The translations under genes and the position numbers were made by a program. The notes beneath the pieces were generated by a model. That model saw nothing but the letters and a program-made list of their open reading frames with translations. It searched no databases and had not been told where the DNA came from. From Pseudonocardiales bacterium (lineage in GTDB: Bacteria; Actinomycetota; Actinomycetes; Mycobacteriales; Jatrophihabitantaceae), in NCBI GenBank assembly GCA_032160775.1, contig JAVHVB010000474.1, positions 1-39,752 on the forward strand: a stretch of 39,752 bases of DNA. Direction: 5' to 3'. Below, piece after piece: positions 36,320 to 39,752 of the stretch; the stretch's first letter is position 1; every line of letters begins with the position of its first letter.

Positions 36320-36387
36320 TTCTCGCCCTCCTCCGTCGGGCTCGAACATGGGGCCGCGCTCATTGATGAGCTCGCAAGCTCGCTCAT
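36316..36387 (-). repeat. MIRU-like intergenic repeat, copy 2, encoding a 23-aa mini-ORF bridging pilT and pilC
   Basis: ATGAGCGAGCTTGCGAGC...CCGACGGAGGAGGGCGAGAAATGA. It starts 1 nt after the pilT stop and its TGA overlaps the pilC ATG. Confidence 0.75.
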
Positions 36388-36388
36388 G

Positions 36389-37531
36389 TCACACCCGTCC
36401 GGCGAGTCGCTTGTACTCCTCGGCGGAGTGGCACAACTCGAGTCCCTGCTCGTAGCTGATCGCGTTCTGGTGCACCCGCTCGGCCAGGTGCTGATCGAAG
36501 GTCAACATGCCGTCCTGGCCGGAGGACTGCATGAACGACGGGATCTGGTGGTTCTTGCCTTCGCGGATCAGGTTCCGGATCGCTGCGGTGGCGAACATGA
36601 TCTCGCAGACGACCGTGCGGCCGCTGCCGTCCGACTTCTTCACCAGGGCCTGGGTGACCACGCCTTGTAGCGCGGTCGACAGCTGGGCGCGCACCTCTTG
36701 CTGCTGGTGCGGCGGGAAGATGTCGATCACCCGGTCGATGGTCTGCGCCGCCGACTGCGTGTGCAGGGTGGCGAGCACGAGGTGACCGGTCTCGGCCGCG
36801 GTCAACGCGGTGGACACCGTCTCCAGGTCCCGCAACTCGCCGACCAGGATGATGTCCGGATCCTGCCGCAGCACCCGCTTGAGGGCCGCGGCAAAACCGG
36901 CCGTGTCCACGCCGACCTCGCGCTGGTTGACGATGCACCGCCGGTGGCTGTGCAGAAACTCGATCGGGTCCTCGATGGTGACGATGTGGTCGCGCCGCGT
37001 GCTGTTGGCGAGATCGAGCAGGCTGGCCAGCGTTGTGGTCTTGCCCGAACCCGTCGGCCCGGTGACCAGCACCAGTCCGCGCGGCATGTGGGCGAAGCGC
37101 TCGATCTGGCTCGGGATGCCGAGTTCGTGCAGCGGCTTGATTTCAAAGGGAATCGCGCGCATGACCGAGCCGTACGCGTTGCGCTGCTGGAAGCAGTTCA
37201 CCCGGAACCGGGAGACGCCGGACAGCGAGTAGGCAATGTCGATCTCGAGGGTGTTTTCGAACTCGGCCCATTGCGCGTCGGTGAGCACCGCGTGCACGAG
37301 GCCGGTCGTGTCCCGCTCGGTGAGCCGCGGGTAATCCGGCAGCGGGCGCAGGTCGCCGTGCACCCGGATCATCGGCGGTGCGCCGACGGTCAGGTGCAGA
37401 TCCGAGCCGCCGGATTCGACCAGCGTGCGCAGCATGATGTCGAGCGCGTCGCGCATTTGGGCGCGGGTGGGTTCGGTGGCATTGGATTCGACGGCATTGG
37501 GTACGTCGAGTACTGCGGAGTTCGCGTCCAC
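36389..37531 (-). CDS. pilT: Type IV pilus retraction ATPase
   Basis: Motifs SDLHL, RFRVN, GPTGSGKTT, TIEDPIEF, LRQDPD, GELRD, TGHLV..TLHT and the PilT-specific AIRNLIRE. Confidence 0.97.
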   Translation of the reverse strand: MDANSAVLDVPNAVESNATEPTRAQMRDALDIMLRTLVESGGSDLHLTVGAPPMIRVHGDLRPLPDYPRLTERDTTGLVHAVLTDAQWAEFENTLEIDIAYSLSGVSRFRVNCFQQRNAYGSVMRAIPFEIKPLHELGIPSQIERFAHMPRGLVLVTGPTGSGKTTTLASLLDLANSTRRDHIVTIEDPIEFLHSHRRCIVNQREVGVDTAGFAAALKRVLRQDPDIILVGELRDLETVSTALTAAETGHLVLATLHTQSAAQTIDRVIDIFPPHQQQEVRAQLSTALQGVVTQALVKKSDGSGRTVVCEIMFATAAIRNLIREGKNHQIPSFMQSSGQDGMLTFDQHLAERVHQNAISYEQGLELCHSAEEYKRLAGRV

Positions 37532-37732
37532 GTCCGGCCCTTCGGCTAGATGTGTCGCTTGCGGCCCCGCACCTCAAGGCGACTTGTAAGAACTTCACAC
37601 GGACCATACACAGAGGCCTATCGAAATACAATCCGTGTTAGCAAGTTCTTTCGGAGCGTAGTCACCCCCCTCACGGTGCATCGGCCGGCGCAGCTCATGC
37701 GCAGCGACAGCAACGCTGGCAGACGCACAGTG

Positions 37733-39409
37733 TCAGACGGCGACGCGCAGGACCTCGGCGAGCGTGGTGTCGCCGGCCGCGGCCTTGCGCAGCCCGTCCG
37801 TCCGCAGCATTTCCATGCCCTCGTTCGCCGCGACGTGGGCGATGTCGTGGGAGGACGCGCGCTCGACGGCGAGCCGCTCGATGTCCTCGCTGACCGTCAT
37901 CACCTCGTGCAGGGCGGTGCGGCCGCGGTAACCGGTCCCCGCGCAGGATCGGCAGCCGACCGCACGCCACATCTGCTCCGGCGCCTCGAGCTGGTCGAAC
38001 GGCCAGCGCGCCGCGGCGAGTTCCGATCGGGTCGGCGCGTACGGCTCCTTGCACCACTGGCAGAGCCGGCGAGCGAGCCGCTGAGCCATGACGCAGTCCA
38101 GTGACGAGCCGACGAGAAACGGTTCGATGCCCATCTCGATGAGCCGGGTGATCGCCGACGGCGCGTCGTTGGTGTGCAGCGTCGACAGCACGAGGTGGCC
38201 GGTGAGCGACGCCTCCACGGCCAGTTGCGCGGTCACGCGGTCACGGATCTCACCGATGAGCACGACATCCGGGTCGGAGCGCAGGATCGCCGGCAGCACC
38301 GCCGCGAACGTCAACCCGGCCTTGTGGTTCACCTGGACCTGGTTCACGCCGGGCAGCCGGTACTCGACCGGGTCCTCGACAGTGATGATGTTGATCTCGG
38401 GGGTGCTGATCTCGGTCAGCGTCGCGTACAGCGTCGTCGACTTGCCGGAGCCGGTCGGCCCCGTGACCAGCACCATGCCGTGCGGCTTGTGGAAGGACGC
38501 GGCGAAGCGGCCGTAGTTGTCGTCGGTGAAGCCGAGCCGCTTGAGCTCGAGATCGACGCCGCCGGTGTCGAGCACCCGGAGGACGATCTTCTCGCCCCAC
38601 ACCGTGGGCAGTGTCGCCAGCCGCATATCGACGTTGCGGCGATTCAGCTCGAAGGTGATCCGGCCGTTCTGCGGCACCCGGCGCTCGGTGATGTCGACGC
38701 CGGACATGATCTTCAGCCGGCTGATGAGCGCCGACTGCACGGCGCGGGGCACCGTGTCGACCTCGTGCAGCACGCCGTCGATGCGGAACCGCACCCGCAG
38801 GTCGTCCTCGCCGGGTTCGATGTGCAGGTCGGACGCGCGGTTCTCAATCGCCTGCTCGATCAGTCCGTTGACGAACCGGACGATCGGCGCTTCCTCGCCC
38901 ACCGAGGTCAGCGAGCTGGCAAACGCGGCGCCCGCGTCCTCGGCAGTGATCGTGGCGGCGACGTCGTCCAGATCGGTTTCCGAGCGCTGGAACCGGTCGA
39001 TCGCCTTCATCAGCTCATCGCGCGCGGCCACCACGGGGCGCACGGTGAGCCCCGTCGCGGCCCGGACGTCGTCCAGCGCCAGCACGTCGCCGGGATCGGC
39101 GAGGGCGACGACGATCTCGTCGTCATCGAGCGAGATGCCGAGGACCTTGTGCCGGCGAGACATCGCGAACGGGATCTTTGCCGTCGCGGCGGCATCGATG
39201 GGATAGGCCCCCAGGTCCACGGCATGCAGCCCGTAGGCGTCGGCCAGCGCCTCGGCGAGTTCGCTCTCGGTGACGATGCCGTCGCCGACCAGCACATCAC
39301 TCAGCGTGCGACCGCTGTCGTCCGAGGCAGTGATCGCGGCGGAGAGCAGCGTGGGACTGACGCCGCGCACGCGCAGCGCCTCCAGAATCGGGCCTTGTGT
39401 CTGATACAT
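37733..39409 (-). CDS. pilB: Type IV pilus extension ATPase (GspE/PilB)
   Basis: Motifs ASDLHIEP, RFRIDG, GPTGSGKSTT, EDPVEY, LRSDPD, TLHTND and Zn-binding CQWC...CRSC. Confidence 0.96.
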   Translation of the reverse strand: MYQTQGPILEALRVRGVSPTLLSAAITASDDSGRTLSDVLVGDGIVTESELAEALADAYGLHAVDLGAYPIDAAATAKIPFAMSRRHKVLGISLDDDEIVVALADPGDVLALDDVRAATGLTVRPVVAARDELMKAIDRFQRSETDLDDVAATITAEDAGAAFASSLTSVGEEAPIVRFVNGLIEQAIENRASDLHIEPGEDDLRVRFRIDGVLHEVDTVPRAVQSALISRLKIMSGVDITERRVPQNGRITFELNRRNVDMRLATLPTVWGEKIVLRVLDTGGVDLELKRLGFTDDNYGRFAASFHKPHGMVLVTGPTGSGKSTTLYATLTEISTPEINIITVEDPVEYRLPGVNQVQVNHKAGLTFAAVLPAILRSDPDVVLIGEIRDRVTAQLAVEASLTGHLVLSTLHTNDAPSAITRLIEMGIEPFLVGSSLDCVMAQRLARRLCQWCKEPYAPTRSELAAARWPFDQLEAPEQMWRAVGCRSCAGTGYRGRTALHEVMTVSEDIERLAVERASSHDIAHVAANEGMEMLRTDGLRKAAAGDTTLAEVLRVAV

Positions 39410-39457
39410 CCCGGCTTCCGTGAAGTTGGTGTTAGGTGAGGATAGCCGAGATGCGCG

Positions 39458-39752
39458 TCAACCGACGATGTACTGCTCCAACTGCCCGCGGTCGCTCTCG
39501 AGCTGCCGCATCCGGCTGGAAACGACGTCGCCGATGGACACGATGCCGACAAGTCGGTCGTCGTCGATCACCGGCATGTGCCGGATCCGCCGCTCGGTCA
39601 TCGTCTCGGCGACGCTGTCGACCGACTCCTGGCTGCTGCAGCTCACGACGTCGCTCGACATGATCGACTCGACTGGCGACTCGAGCAGTTCCGCGCCGCG
39701 CTCGGCGATCCGGCGCACGACATCCCGCTCGGAGACGATGCCGACGACCGCG
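39458..39752 (-). CDS. CBS domain-pair protein (5' end outside the window)
   Basis: Frame open to the window end: GIVSERDVVR...MT..RIRHMPV..D..LVGIVSIGDVV. Confidence 0.9.
   Translation of the reverse strand, partial: AVVGIVSERDVVRRIAERGAELLESPVESIMSSDVVSCSSQESVDSVAETMTERRIRHMPVIDDDRLVGIVSIGDVVSSRMRQLESDRGQLEQYIVG

Noticed and set aside
25050-39409. Absence of pilP/pilQ as a defect, or cluster as a T2SS or Tad system
   Set aside because: Monoderm actinobacteria need no secretin; PilT, PilM/N/O and a T4a pilin identify a type IVa pilus.
39410-39436. Sigma28/FliA-like CTAA-N16-GCCGGG upstream of pilB
   Set aside because: Poor -10 match directly abutting the ATG, leaving no room for a TSS; no convincing matching sites before pilA or pilT.
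29-39663. Many long alternative-frame and antisense ORFs in the track (e.g. 1151-2773, 13376-14803, 20964-22562, 29831-31198)
   Set aside because: Arg/Pro/Gly-rich or antisense shadows of well-supported genes, as expected in very GC-rich DNA; no motifs.

Overview
High-GC actinobacterial chromosomal segment, with no tRNA, rRNA, CRISPR array or transposase seen. The left and central part (1-24 kb) follows the conserved actinobacterial lpdA/GGCT/amidohydrolase and accA-maf-accE-pccB-birA-PH neighbourhoods. Extra modules are interleaved: meaB, a CPA1 antiporter, a GCS2 ligase, a secreted GH16, a LiuR-type MerR regulator with a perfect palindromic operator facing an ACAD-carboxyltransferase-epsilon operon, a class III adenylyl cyclase, MTAP, a crotonase and a MarR/MFS pair. 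The right part (25-39.4 kb, minus strand) is a monoderm type IVa pilus cluster: pilB, pilT, pilC, pilA, two minor pilins, a 1016-aa PilX-like giant pilin, pilD and pilMNO. Its atypical parts are a 418-aa Sec-secreted non-pilin protein coupled to pilC, a terminal lipoprotein, a PilD lacking the Cys-rich methylase domain, a degenerate MshEN on PilB, and structured intergenic leaders before pilT and pilA. Two copies of a MIRU-like mini-ORF repeat, several REP-like hairpins, small ORFs the ORF track missed or merged into longer frames, and many apparently leaderless promoters are also present. All calls rest on manual motif recognition; no database searches were run.
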